DNA of 63,389 bases, the filler included, from Folioceros fuciformis (Eukaryota): NCBI GenBank assembly GCA_049999805.1. It is 5 parts of 5 records of this genome, joined end to end, with 100 filler letters (N's around TTAATTAATTAA, not from the genome) between each part and the next. Parts side by side here need not be neighbours in the genome. Positions count along the whole stretch, not along the records: positions 23,629 to 42,107 come from JBNGIO010004930.1; positions 42,208 to 55,059 come from JBNGIO010004931.1; 3 more parts are not named here. One strand, given 5' to 3'. Shown piece after piece: positions 36,732 to 50,900 of the stretch. The number at the start of each line of letters is the position of its first letter. Position 1 is the stretch's first letter. Position numbers and translations under genes: made by a program. The notes under the pieces are model-generated. The model had not been told where the DNA came from, did not search any database, and saw only the letters and a program-made list of their open reading frames with translations.

Positions 36732-39700
36732 TTAGTATGTAGACGGTCCCTCCCAGATGATATCAGCCTCGAAGCTATGGTTGTTAACCCAGGAAGGAGT
36801 TTGCCAGAGATGCTTAGAGCTCCCAAGATCTGTGATAACTCGAGGTCAGGCGGCGTGGCGGAAAGTGCAGCACATGATCCACGGCGGAATTTCTTTAGCT
36901 TACCATTCCCTGCTCCAGTTCACGCCTCACATCCAGTTGCACCCATGCCGCTTTTCCAACCAAGTAAGCGAGTAGCACCAGCAGCAAATAGAGGGGATTG
37001 CTGGAGCAACCGAAGAAACGTGGGTTAGGACCGGTATCTAGGTGAGGAGCGCGATTGACACAATTCCAGGATGGGTACCGGGGCCGATACCAGATAAAAA
37101 ACATGAACTCGTTCCACCCAAGCACAATGATCGCAAGAATTGACCATGCAGGGGGCCATTTGGACACGCCGAACTGACTCGCTTCCTGCAGATTCATGTC
37201 CAGAAGTTAGGCCAAGTGAAACAAGTACTGTAGTGGGATGCACAGTGTTGTTTTGCACTTCGCACCTGAGCTGACAAGGCTTGACGCAACAAATATTCGG
37301 TTTCCGATCTGAGTTGTCCCCACAGACTTTTACATTCAATAGGAGTCAACAACATATCTGCAACTGGAACCTGCAGCCCATTTCACGCTTAGGTATAGTG
37401 GGGACGTCACTACAGCAAGCACAGGTTATGTCCAGAACATAACAACTTCCCTTCCACACGTACCCCATCCCATTTGTTCCCAGCTAGCGCAGTCTCGGTG
37501 GAACTGGACGATCCGCTTGAACCAGAACTATCAGACGCCTTCAGTAACGTTGATAGAGCATAGTCGACTTGTTCATAATCTACCTCGTATCGGAGAACAG
37601 CAATGACAGATAAAAATTTGATTGCCTGGACCAGACACACACAGGTTGCTTGTCACGTCTTGATCTTAGCTAAGGGCCTCTCTGCAAAAACTAACTAGAA
37701 ATGAATACTTTCCCTTTCACAATGACCGTGCCGACCAGAACCTTGGCCGCGCACCAAAGTCATTCGTACAAGAAGCTCAGAAGTCATATTACCGCAAGCC
37801 GAGCTTTCGCAGTGACGCTTTTGATATCCACCTTGGCATTCCAGACTCTAGGCATGGCTTCATCATCCTGAGTGAAGACACTCACGAACCTTCAAGACAA
37901 GGCAAATGCCATTTGGTCATACAATGAACATTCATCAACCAACACTATCACTCAACATGCATTAACCACAGTATGTATGCTATACCTCTCTTTCATTCTT
38001 ACGAGAGTCCTCCCAGCTTCTGATTGCATTTTCTCTTCTAGGACGAATCTTCCGAAGATAGTTAAGTCGTCCAACATCTTTGTAGTCCTGTTCCGGTCCA
38101 ATCCAAGTTCACCTAGACCTGACGAAAGTTTCGATCTCCCTGCTTCAGTCTCACGAGAAAGAAGCTTTCGCAAAGAAGGCCAGGTGGTTGAGGACGCAGA
38201 TTCTAAGAGAGATGCTGCAGGCTGAACTAGCGCCTCTTGCAAACGCTCCTACGAGAATGAAATACGAATAACTGTTGAAGCTGAAGAGCAAGATGGTTCA
38301 GGACAAACTGCAGAACCTCAAACTATTATGTCGGGATCCGAATGACCCGCAAATATCACCTTGGCAGTGGCAAAGGCTTTCTTCACTTCATCCTCCTGCA
38401 ACGCTGAAACAGTCTCGGTGATCTCACGTCGCACCTCCTCACGTGACTCAGAAGTATCCCATCTACCTTGAGAAATGGCAATATCTGTCGCCATATCACA
38501 GACTCCAGAGAATGAGAGTTGGGATTCATCCTTGCAATACCAGAAGATCCCAGAAGATGCTAGCAAAGCACATTTAAACTTGTCAACAGTCTAAAAGTTT
38601 TTCAAATATAGGTTCAGGGTCAGATCCATGCCTCTACAATCACGATCAAAAAGGGTCAGGCAGCTTTCCATGGAGCGACGAGCAGCAACAGAGAAGGCTT
38701 CGTTCTGCCCACAAGCTGTGATAAACTCCTCTTTGAACTTTGCTTTGGCTTTGTCTTGACAGAGGAGCAACAACTCCTCTTGCACAGGCCGAACTATCTG
38801 TAGTATTAACAGCAACTTGACTTCACAAATTCGAACAAACAACGAACGTCCAGACGCATGGATAAATTTCAATTCTCACCGCCACAAGGCTTGACACTAG
38901 CCTTTCTCGCTTAGCTGACCGCACATTTTCCTCGTAGTAAGCAGCCTCACTATCGTATCTGCATATCAAACGCTTCACACTGAAGTGAACGTCGTACATC
39001 AGAAGCGTCCGTTTGTAGAAGAGGAAGACCGACAGCTTACCCAGACAAGTACTTGTCCAAAAGAAGTGATGCTATATTCCCGAAGCCCGAAATGGATCCT
39101 GCTTTGACATCATCCTCAATTGCTTTCCATTCCTAGGCAGTACAGCCGTAACGACATGTACAGCACAGTCGCATGACACACAAACACTTTCCAAACCACT
39201 GAAAAACACGAAGGTATGTCTGTCATACCTCGCTAAAATTTGCAACGCAAGTGCCAGAAATCTCTTCGCAACGCGTCGCTGCCACCATCACCTGCACATA
39301 CGCTCACTCAGATGACTTCAGAACTCGGCACTGAATTAATTCACCTTTGCTTGGAAATAAGCAGCAGTGTCCACTACTTCGACAACACCTGATGGGCAGG
39401 CAGATCAAGATCCTTGTTGCCCTTAATTACTTTCCAAATTTCCCAAAGACTGAGCGCGAAGCCTGTAGCAGGAACAACCGCACTTCGATCACTTGCAAGC
39501 CCGCCCGGCTGGATTGAATTGACAAATCTCTTTCGTAATTCTGCAACCTTTTGACATCGTGACCAATCTCAGCTGGATTGAAGGAACCATACGACATCAA
39601 CACGCGGCACCATTACGCAATCCAACTTACTTCTTGTCGAAAGACCTCTGGTTTATTCTCGTAGTTCGAAAGCGCTGCAACCTCAATCTACCAAAGAAGA

Positions 39701-41090
39701 GGAAAAACATGTCAGAATTGTGAACAGACAGTTCTTGACGATGGACAAACCGGAGGTAGCCAAGTTTCAGCTGAATTGGATCTGGGGCTCACATTAAAGA
39801 CGTCCGACAACGATGTGCCTTTGAATCTATCAGGTTTCTCCACAGAATTCCATACCTGTCTTCATAAAAATGTTCGGCACATTTCAACGCCTGGAAAGAC
39901 ATGACAATGGCTTTCAACCCACCAAAGTGGAGGAGCGCTACCTGGTGAGTGCTTTCACGGACAAATTTGTCCAAGGTCTCAAGCGGGCTCTGCAGATAGC
40001 AAGGTTCAGTACCAAAACGAGCGCTGTATTGGACAAGCACTCGTGTTTCCTGTACAAGGTAGAAAGGCATGCCTTGGTCTTGTCCCGAAGAACAAAGAGC
40101 AGTGTCATCTTGCGAGGAGTAAACAACCGCATCATAGCCTGTCGACAGAACAAATGTCTTAAGACAACAGAATTCGAGCAGATTCAAGCACACGTTTCAC
40201 CAGCCAAGCTCACCGTGAACATGGTTCCCAACAGCTGTCGATTGGTTGCATGATCACGACCAAGGTCATGGCACCATCTGCAGGAAATGTCTGCGGCATC
40301 AATATTACCATCCATGGTATTCTGCAGTGCTGTACATTTGCAGCCTGCACAACCCATGAAGAAGTGCTGGAATTGCTCAGAGAACTCAAAGCTGTCAAAA
40401 ACTTACATGTTAACTAGAAGAATGTCGGCCACTGTCAATGCAAGCAAAGAACTTTGCTTCTCGAAAAGGGTGTCATCCTGTGAGATGAACGGCTGTCAGC
40501 TGAGTTGCCAAAACCCTCAACTTACGAGGAAGAAATTCGCCCCAGTAAACACACCTACCTCCCCCCTTTCACCGCTATCAGTGCCTTCAAGATCGATCAC
40601 CAGGGTGAAAGGCTCAATGCCAGCGGCTCTTGCTACCCATACACCTAAAGTTGTTTGATTCCTGCAGTAGGGATGGGCACAGATTTCCACGAATGAGAGA
40701 AAATGTGCGACAGCAGAGACTCAGTTGACTACTTCGCGTTTGTTACAACTTGCAGCATGCACATACAGACCTTCCTTGGGTCTCATCCATCTCCCTGAAA
40801 GTTGTGGCGAAGAGATGGTTCAAAAGAGTGCTCTTCCCTGCAGACCTCACACGGGGGTATGTGAGACCACACTATACTTGTTCTCACATCCAAGTTCATG
40901 AAAGGCAGCAGCACAAGTGGGACGCGACGATGAAACGAGGCATACCGCTACTCTGAGCACCAATGATTGCCACCACGGCATACGATAACCCACAGTTGGC
41001 CAATCCCACTTGGTTGACATAAGACTTGAATCCTTCAACATCAAAATCCCCCCTGGTATCGATGACCTGGAAAGGTTTGGCATCTGACAT
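36732..41090 (-). CDS. RHD3: ROOT HAIR DEFECTIVE 3 / Sey1 atlastin-like GTPase, many exons
   Basis: [92 protein letters not shown] and [12 protein letters not shown]...STY*. Confidence 0.93.
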
Positions 41091-42107
41091 AGCTTCAACT
41101 GCATAGAAAGCCGAGAAAAAACTGGTCAGCATGATGCAACACGGAGCTTATCGTCGTCAACACTGAATTCCCCGGCATGAATGTATTGGTACATCAGCAT
41201 CCCGTGAAGACCCCAAGCAGTGACAACCCAGCTGTCCACTAGAAATGCTACAACCAAGACATGAAGTAATAACTCAGAGCTAAAAAGGCGTTATTAGCTC
41301 GAGTTTGCATGCCAGTCATTCCAATGCGCCCTTTCGCTCAAAGTCCTACTTCCTAGGGAACCGTACAGAGGGAAAGCATAGCTTTTCGAATTCATAGACG
41401 AGACTGGACAAAAAACGATCACCTGTTTCCTACACAGGAAATGTAGGCTTCCAGTAGAGCTTTGAAGCCGTGACTCCGGTATGAATGTGTGAAGAATGTG
41501 TGTGAAGTAGAGCGGACTTGCATAGTCCGGAACGCGACAAAGAAAATTCCACCGGGGTAGGAGGAACTGTATAGATTGTCCTCCAGAATTTGTAGGCCAA
41601 CCCCAGCAAATGAGCAAAGCGACAGAGAAGGGCGCGCGGCAGCACCCGGCTGCAAGCCAGTGCCTGGCATGGCAGCACAGTTCGGTGACAGGTGGAACAA
41701 AGGCGAAACTGGCGCAACCGTTGAAGTCCTCCTGCCTCTTCCATGACGCTTGCTTTTGCTGGTGCTCCTTTGAAGACGGCGTATATTGAAGGCCACGGCG
41801 AGACCTTGTGGTGGGATTCTTGCGACAGGCTTGGAATTTTGCTTGTCATGCGATAGCACAGCCTGCTGCATCGCAATTAGGCAGTCCTGTTGGGCTCATA
41901 CTTGTTGCGCCTTGTCCCGCCTCGGCAGCGTGGATGCAGGCTGCCCTCCGTAGGCCGCCAACCTGCTAGATGAGCGTGATAACTGAAGTCAAGAATGCCA
42001 CCTGAACAGGAACAGCGGTTCTGCCCGCACATACGTTGAAAGTCTTTCTGCCATCGCAAGCATCGATTGAACCGTCAGGTATGGTGGACGATGAGATAAG
42101 ACTGAGG

Positions 42108-42207
42108 NNNNNNNNNNNNNNNNNNNNNNNNNNNNNNNNNNNNNNNNNNNNTTAATTAATTAANNNNNNNNNNNNNNNNNNNNNNNNNNNNNNNNNNNNN
42201 NNNNNNN
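42108..42207. other. Artificial contig-joining spacer
   Basis: N44-TTAATTAATTAA-N44. Confidence 0.95.
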
Positions 42208-42459
42208 ACCCCAAACTTTGGAGGTTCACACCTACAATTAGCCCCCTACTTCTCTAAGCTTCGAGAAGATGGTAGCCTCGAAACGATGTTGAAGGCATTT
42301 TCAATATCAACTTGCAAACCCCCCATTAAGAGTGTGACTCAAGGATGATGGATTCACATTCTCCCAAAGTTGCAATCCCAAAAGTTGCAGTCCCAAATTA
42401 GTTGGGTTCAAGATATGCTTAAAATTGCTCTTAAAGTTAAATTGCCAATAAGGCACAAA

Positions 42460-42940
42460 AGTGCTTTTACGACAATAATAAGTGGCTCCCTAAAGGCGGG
42501 TTTTTTTATGGCAGAAACCTATTAACCGCCAAGGTGTGAGAGATTTGAATAGGAACCTCTCCGTAACCATAACAATAAACATTGTAAAATCCCAAAAGCC
42601 ACTCGAAGAATCCTCAAGGGAAAAATAATCATAAAAATGGTCGTAAACTGTCCCAACACCACTATATTAGGAGGTGTTTTGTAACAACATTTGTAAAAGT
42701 TTTCAAACAACATTTGTAACAAATATTGCCCTTATAACACTAATCAAGTTAATTCGGGTGCTCGTGACAATATGTAACCACATTTGTTACATTATGTTGC
42801 ACCTAAGTTGCAAAAAAAATTACATACTATTACTACCAAAGTGTCATTAAGAGTAACAAGCATATTTGTAACATTGTTTGTTACACATTTTGATGTTTGG
42901 TTCCATACTTTGTTTGTTACATATTTTGATGTTGGGTTCC
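42460..42940. mobile_element. Possible CACTA transposon end with subterminal repeats
   Basis: CACTA at 42660 is followed by many TTTGTAACA/TGTTACA motifs in both orientations. There is a TTTACGAC/GTCGTAAA pair just upstream. No partner TIR was found. Confidence 0.35.
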
Positions 42941-43249
42941 AGACTTGTTAACTCTCCTTTGACCTTGGGTTAAGACCTATCCCTTGAATTTAATGCAATT
43001 CCATTTAATATGCACAGCATCCAAGCATGCATCAATATACCCTACCCTTCATTTCAAATTTGAACCCCTGTATGCTATATTCCAGTTGTACCACATATAA
43101 ATAACTTTGTATTTCATGGGAATATACCATGTACGTCCAAACATGCATTATACACTATATACAATGTTTTTTTTTGTGCTTATATACAATATTTTGTTTT
43201 GTTTATATAAAGAGTTTTGTTTTATATTTGTTTTTGTTTTTTTATTGTT

Positions 43250-46200
43250 AATTGTTGTTCCCTTCCTTGCTTCTTCTTACCTTCAAGTGTTTAACCGAGC
43301 TGGAAATTGTGTCCTCTCTTCATAGCTGGAAACCAGTCAGGGAAGTTAAGGTGGAAGAGGAAGAACTGGAGGAAGCCTTAGGAGGGACTCCAGCTGCTGA
43401 GAGCCTAAATCTCCTGAAGACTTTGAGGGGAAAGCCACGAAAGTCTGAAAGAGGAAGAGTAGGGCGACAAGGCAAGGTGTGCCTAACAGAGGAAGACCCT
43501 AGCGGGTGAACAGGAGGTGGCTACCCTGACTCATATCACTAGATCCAGGACTGCCACAGAATCGCGAGAGGAATCATGAAAAGGGTAAAGGCAGACCACC
43601 CCCTCCATGGCGCTGAAAAATGATGTGCTGGGGATTAATGAGTTTGTAGTTGTGGTAGGAGGTTTAGTGCTGGCAGTGGAGGGTTCTAAGGAGTGGAAGG
43701 ACATCTTTAGGGCTACTCCCTTGAACCAATCAGCAAGAGTGGGAGCAGAGGGCATAGCCCGAGTAAAAGGGTGGCTCTGGAGGAGGATGGTGATAGGAGC
43801 AACCCAAATCGGCGATTTTCAAGGACTGACCTCAGCCATGGCCCAGACCTAAACGAACCTTCTCAACCAACCAGGCTGTCGTGGTGCTAACATGGCTCAG
43901 CATGTAGGGGCAACGGGAGAAGATGTTGAGAGAAAAGCTGGAAGAGGTCGAAGACAAAAACAAGGCAACAGAGGATCGTAAGAGGGCGAGTGATAAGTTG
44001 CTTGGTAAAGCACATGAGGAATTGAAGGTACTGACAAATCCACAGGAAGCCCTGGTGAATCAGGTGAAAATAACCCATGCCACAATTGAAGAGCTTCAAA
44101 ATGAAATCTCCTGAGCCCCGGAGCCAGCGGCAACCCTGGAGAAATTTAGAAGGTTGGCCGAGAGATACAAGAGGGAGCGGGACGAGGCAAGAGCCAAGGT
44201 CAGGAGTGAGGCAGGGAGATCCAAGAAGGGAAAGAGTTCAGCCACTGCGGTGGCCGAAGTCGTAACCGTGGTGGAATCGGCCATGATTGCCGAACCCAGA
44301 ACCAGAGTGGCTGGCCCAGCAACCGTGGGGGATAGAGGAACGTGGATAGTGGAACTAGCCACTGATGAGATTATGGTAGAGGAGCATGCAACACCCTTGG
44401 AATACAGGAGGCAGCCACCCCAAAACTATCAACGGAAGGAGTGGGTAAGAACCTCTTTAGTAGGGGGCTACATTGTACCTGTGACGTAGGGATGAAGATA
44501 CCTTATGTCCCTAGCTTCCAATTGTATGGTGAGCGGGTGCTCACTCTAAATGTATATGTGGTGGTTGGAATAGAAGAGGGCAAGAACTATTGGCTGCACA
44601 TTTTAACAGCCACGGGCTATTACCAATGGTTCTTATGAATGGGTGCTGGAGCGTACCCCTCACAGGTGAGACTGCAGGAGATGACAAAAGAGGAAGTGTG
44701 GGTTTGGGTGGAAAACCACTCAATGTGGTTGTCTAGTGATGAAGAGCCAAGAGAGAGCCCTATGAGAGAGGAGAGTGCTATGGACAGTGGAAGCGAAGTG
44801 AAAGTATTGTGGGAAGATCTCTCGGATCAGTGACGGGGTAGAAGGGCCAGGGGGATTCCAAGAGAGTGGAGGCTGAGACAGCCACAGCAGAGATGGGCAT
44901 GGTAGTCTAGGAGGCAGTATTGTGGGAAGATCTGACTTAGTGCCTCCTAGATTCCTCATGAATTTTGAACCAAGTAGTGCTGACCGTAGAAGCGTGCCAA
45001 AAACATTTAATTATTTCTTAAGACTCTGAAAGACTGTAGCAGTAATGGTGCTCCAAGGCCAGATGTATAAGAGACTGGGCTGCGTCTCTCTCATTAGACA
45101 ATTTCAGGTGTGATCTTTCGTGTGTTGAGTTTGTGCACTGTGGGTTGGAGACATCCAATCGATGGAGGCCTGATTTGGCATGTTGTCCTCTCATCACATG
45201 AGTGTTAGGAAGATCCCTGGGTGGTCGAGAGCTGTATGATCCAGCTCCGCAAGTGTGGTGGCAAGTGGAAGGGGTGCTCTGCAGTTGTGAAGAAGAAAGA
45301 TTTCTGCAAAAGGTCAGGGTGGGACCGTGAGTTTCGCAAAACCCCTGGAAAGCCGAGAGGGAGCACGAGTTTCATGAAACTCTTGTGAGCCCTCTGACTA
45401 TGATTCTTCCCTTCCTCACTCCACTATCTAACCAGGTTGCATTTAATCTCTGTGAGGGGCTGTTGCGTTTTCCTTGTGGCTCGGCTATTGCTTGTGCAAC
45501 GCACTGCGACACCTCAGCCTCTTCCAGATTTTCCTTTTTTCTCTTGTTTCCCAAGACAATGACAATGTTTGTAATGTGTTTTGCTCTCACTCGAACTCGC
45601 TATGGTTGCGGCCACTGCCTTTGTTGTTGCCGTGCCACCCTCCCACTCATTGTTCAAACATGCCCTCACTCTGTCATAGCTATGCACTATAGAAGCGCTA
45701 ACCAACATTAAACTTGAGTCCATTCTGTGTGATTGTTTCAGATCTCTACGAAGCTCTCTATGCCAATGTACAGGCACCTTCTTATAGGCCATGTGCCCCT
45801 CTTGCCACCTTGTGCCTTCTCCTAGCCACACAAAGCACCATTGTAGGCACCGAACTCGAGATCTGGTGGTTGGCGGGGATGAGGTTCAATTGTTACTCTA
45901 CTATCATCCCAAGCATTGGTGCATTTGTCTTGCTAGCGTTCATGCACGCCATCCTCTTCACTTGCTGTTTCCACCTTGTACACTACCATGCATGGGCCCA
46001 CCGCACGTTACTCATCACCAGACAGTGTGTACATAAGACCCACCTACTAGCACAACCCACTACCCATGTGTCGCTTATCGACTATGGCTTTAATACTTGG
46101 CAGCCCGCTTTTCTAGTTGCTCCTTGCCCCCATTAACACTCCGTAGTTCGTGTGACCTGGCTGAATGAAGGTCAAGACATGTTTGTACTTGCGTGAGACC

Positions 46201-47400
46201 TCTATGTATGCCTTGTGCGCCCTAGGCCATCTTGTGTTGGAGAAGACTCCAAATCATATGCTTTGGGGTCTTCTCCTTCTACTTGGGGTGTGTCATGTTC
46301 TTTGTAGACTAGCATAGCCCTGATCGTGGTCTTGGTTTCATTATGCAATCCATGTTACTACATCCTCGCATTAGCGAAGGCTTCGCAAAATGGAAGACAA
46401 CCATGACTACTATTTGGCAAGGAAATAGATAAAAAGCATGAGAGGAAGCCAACAAGTGATATGATTGCGTTGAGGCCACGACCAAGCCTCTTGTAGTAGC
46501 CTAGGAAATCCATTGGAATAGGATTGGCTCCTAGTTCAAAAGAAGAAGCGAGCTGCACCTATGCCATAGGAGTCAGAACCTAAGTTAGGCTTTGCTCCCC
46601 CGAAGTTGGTTCAGGTTTTACTTTGGGATGGTTTATGGATGGCTAGGTCCTTCAAGGTGGTCTTCCCCTCTGAGTTGCTAGACAACTAGGGGCGGGAAGA
46701 TAAGGAGCTCTGCCAAAGAATGTTGTGTCCAATCATTCTCCTTATGAAAACCTCAAGCGCAAACCAATGGAGGACATAAGGAAACGTGAGGGATATGTGA
46801 TGCCCCTCATAGCCTAAGCGATCTTTGTGTTGGTTGCGAGTGCCCTAGTGCAATTGGACAACAATATTTTGTGGAGGAAAGGATCCTATAACTACTAAGG
46901 CCTTGTTATGGCATACTTGGGAGCATTCGCCAATAACTACAAAAAACATAAGGGCAGCACAACCCCGCAAATTCAGAAAAAAGAAATTGAGGCTAGTAGG
47001 ATTTCTTACATCAGAGAAAAAAATTCCCATTGGAATCATGTTTCCCCTTGGAAAGAGCAACAAGGTGCAGGTAATTAATTTTGCCTTTGATTGTGTAGTA
47101 TGGGAGTGTTGCCAATTCAACTCCACTGGTAGGTTAATGATAGATAGTCAACATCCCCTCTTTAGGGGAGGCCTCCATGACTTCCTGTCCCTTAGGATTG
47201 TTAATGTTCGCCATATGTTTTCTCCCTTAGAGCCCGAGGTTGTCTTAATCTGATTTCTGCTAAAAAACAAACTACGCTTATAGGCCTCCTGAGTGATTAT
47301 GTTGAAGTTCTTGTGCTTATGATCAATATGGCATTTCACTCCCTTGACCTGGAACAAGGTTGAGAGCACATTGGATAAGGAGTGTCCTTACCACTCAAAC
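43250..47400. mobile_element. Highly degenerate retroelement-like DNA (coiled-coil ORF remnants, zinc-knuckle-like and gypsy-like pieces)
   Basis: Broken charged coiled-coil ORFs at 43923-44489, a PBS-like TGGCACGC on minus at about 44992-44999 and a WQEGHMAY knuckle-like motif. No spliced gene model was found. Confidence 0.3.
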
Positions 47401-47935
47401 GGTAGGTGTCATGCACACTATAGTAAAGATATGCATATGCAATTGGACTAGAAAATTGGAAGTTGTGCAAAATTAGCTCTTATGAAAAAGTATTCCTACC
47501 ACAGAACATATGGTAGCTGAAGAAGAAAAGGACTTGTAATTGTCGAAGAAGACCAAGTGAAAAAGCTGAAAACCTGAAAAGCCATGTTACCGCTCAATAA
47601 AAACTCGCAAGTTAAACTTCTAAGAAAGCTTCAAGTCGCAAAAAACAACCTCTCATTCGTGAATTGATAACTCAAAAAAGTCCCCAAGTTCCAGGCCAAT
47701 TTGAAACTTGAGAAAAAAAGGGGAAGATAAGGAAAAAATAAACTATTCCCACTCTCAATGGAACCTAGCTTGCATGGCCCAACCTCTCCTCTCTCTTCTT
47801 TCCAAACCCACATTTAGGACCTTGAATCCCCACTCTTGCTCCGAGGAACATGAGACCTTGCTCACACGCGGAGCCTAAGGCCTCACTTGATCACTTGGGA
47901 GCTCGCCCAAATGGGAAACTCGGACTTTGTGTACC

Positions 47936-50900
47936 TGTTCTCATATTAAAAATGTGTTCTACACATACACCCAGGAAGAATAGAAAATGAAAAGATAGTA
48001 TCTGGGCCTTGCACGAGTCTCAAAAATAGTATAGGTAGTTATAACTATCAAATTAACCTAACTACATTAAGGTTCTAGCCCTAAGCATAGCAATGTAAGT
48101 TAACTACTCAACACTCCCACTCATTGCAAAGTGCTTAGGTACTCTATAAATGTTTATTAATCGAACTGAACTTAATTGTTCGCCAGCGCAGTACAAACAC
48201 GAGGAGTTGCAAACAAGTACTTCAACTCCCACTCGCGCATGTCGGCATCAATCCTTGGCTTAAAATCTCTGCTCATGAATACAAGACGCCATCTTCTATT
48301 TCAGGTTTCAAGAGCTCGACAAGATGGTTTTGTCTGGAGCTGCGCTAGGGTCTTCGAGTCAGCCAGTTGTGGCGCCAGGTTCCAGCTTTGAGATCAGTCC
48401 GTCTGCTATAGAGAAGTCTGAGAACCTTGGACATATTGTTGTTGCTATGGCGGCAGCTTGCACTATTCCTTCAACAGCTGCTCTTGTCAAAGATGGTGCT
48501 CCTTCATAAGCTGTCACACACGGCTGTCCAGACGTTGCTCCTCTCCGCCTTCGTCATGATAGCACTCCAAGTGGGTTGACACGGGTTAAACGCGAGGCCA
48601 CACCCTCCGATGCTCACTGGATGAAGAAACTTTGACAGATGGAGAAGCGTGAAGTTCTCCTCACTCAAGAGATTTCTGCTCTTCAAAGGCAACTTCAGGC
48701 TTCCAGTGTTCCAGCTGCAGGCTCAGGCGTTTTGTCGCATGCCCCCACTCCTCCAGCGCATGCTCCTATTGAACGCAGTTGCTTCTCACCTGTGGGTCCT
48801 CTTAACGCTGTGAAGCTTCCTCCGCAGATTGAAGATGAGTATGTTGTCCTGCCAGTGCCACATAATCTGAGACCCTACACGCTGCCTGGGGGACACAAGA
48901 GCAAGACTTACGACTGGTGACTAATGGAGACGGGATCAACAACCCTCTTACCCCTGAAGCTTACGTTTGCACTGTTACTGGGATAGAGATGGTGAGAGAA
49001 GACTAGTTCAGATGGGGCGATGACAACGGAAACTTCATTTCTTTCTACAGTAAGTCTGCCTAGCTAACCTCTAATCTTATGCACACTATTGCTGTGGTTT
49101 GAGGATGCTACCTAGACTAACTTCCTGACTGCAGTGTCATCAACTCCTCATAGAGTTTCACCAGAGAGCGTATAAGAGGGCTGACACGGACTATGTTGCA
49201 AAGGACGACGACACTTTGACGTGCCAGTTAGTAGTAGTTCTAACTCTGACAATGACTCTGTGTCTGCGGCCCTCTAGGTCTAGTCCATGAATTGTTCTCA
49301 ATGACAGTGACAATTAGGATGTGCCTTTCACTTTACTTGGAAGGTAAGAGGAGTCCAGGACTCCTAAAGCTTCTTTAAGCTGATGATGTTTACCTTTAGG
49401 TAGTGCTTTTGTTAACACATCTACCACGTTTGAGTCTGTAGGGACATACTCCAAATGTATCTGGCCTGAGGATACAGCTCCACGAATGAAGTGATGAGGC
49501 ACTTCAATATGTTTAGTCCTCGCATGGAATACGGGATTTTCTGCGAGTGACAGGGCTCCAGTGCTGTCACAATAAATTGTCATGGGCTGTGTCTGCTCCT
49601 GGCCTAAGTCCTTAAGAAGCCTTCGTAGCCAGATTGCTTCTTTAGCTGCTTGAGTAAGAGCATAATAATTTGACTTTGTGGACGATAACGAAACTGTGGT
49701 CTATTTCTTAGATAACCAGGTAACTGCTCCTCTAGCCAACAGGAATGCATACGACAAAATTGATTTCCTGAAATCTGGATTTGCTGCCCAATCAACATCA
49801 CAGTACCCTAACAAGATAAGTGACTCACCTTCGTACTGCTGCTTCGTGTAATGTATGCCATGACTGCTGGTTCCCTTAAGATACCTCAATATCCGTTTCA
49901 CTGTAGTCCAGTGAGTCCTTCCAGGCTGTTTAAGAAATTGAGAAGTCATACTAACAGGCAGTGATATATCTGGCCTTGCCTGATTTGAACAGAATATGAG
50001 TGACCCAACAGCCTGAGAGTAAGGTACACTTTCCATCTCCAGCTTCCATCTCCAGCTTTTTAGAATCAGTAACGGGAGAATGCTCAGCAGTAAGCCTACT
50101 ACCTGCTTCCATTGGAGTTGAGGCAGCTTAAACAACATATCGTGAATATATTTTCTCTTGGTGAATAATCAAAGTGCCACTTGATGTATCTTGCAGGAGT
50201 TGCATGCCGAGATAGTATGAGAGTTCCCCTACATCAACCATATCGAACCTGCCAGATAAAAGTTGTTTCACCTTGTTTATGCCTTCAAGGTTTGTGCCAA
50301 GTAAGATGCAGTCATCCACATATAATGCTAACACCACGAAGCCTTTGTCTTCTTGCAGGAAATACACATTCGAATAAGCATTACTCTTTCTGAAGCCAAG
50401 CTCAAGTAAGAACTCGTCAATACATTGATACTAGGCCCTAGGTGATTGCTTGAGGCCATAGATTGTTTTCAACAACTTACAAACCCAGTCTTCATGTCCC
50501 TTCTCTTCATAGCCTTCGGGCTGCTGCATATAAATTTCTTCTTTCAGTTTTCCATGTAAGAACGCGGTCTTAACATCCATTTGATGGATAAACAGACTGT
50601 AGAATGTTGACATACAAAACAAGACACGCAGAGATTGTGCTTTGACAACCGAAGAGAAAGTGTCATGATAGTCTAACCCCAACACCTAAGAGAATCCTCT
50701 GGCAACAAGGCGAGCTTTGTACCTCGCTATAGTTCCGTCAGCCTTATACTTGAGTTTAAAGACCCACTTGCTGCTAATGATCTTCCTCCCCTTAGGCGGG
50801 GGACAAAGCTCCCAAGTGTGATTGTGAAGAAGGGATTCATACTATGAGGTAATAGCAGCTTTCCAGTGCTGAGATGCAGGACCAGTGACAGCCTCGTGAT

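Noticed and set aside
25896-41090. Functional or biosynthetic gene cluster (F-box, EH, FdC2, 2OGD, RHD3)
   Set aside because: The functions are unrelated, and close spacing is explained by general genome compactness.
41294-42107. ORFs upstream of RHD3
   Set aside because: No recognisable homology or consistent splice model; probably UTR/promoter or a truncated neighbour.
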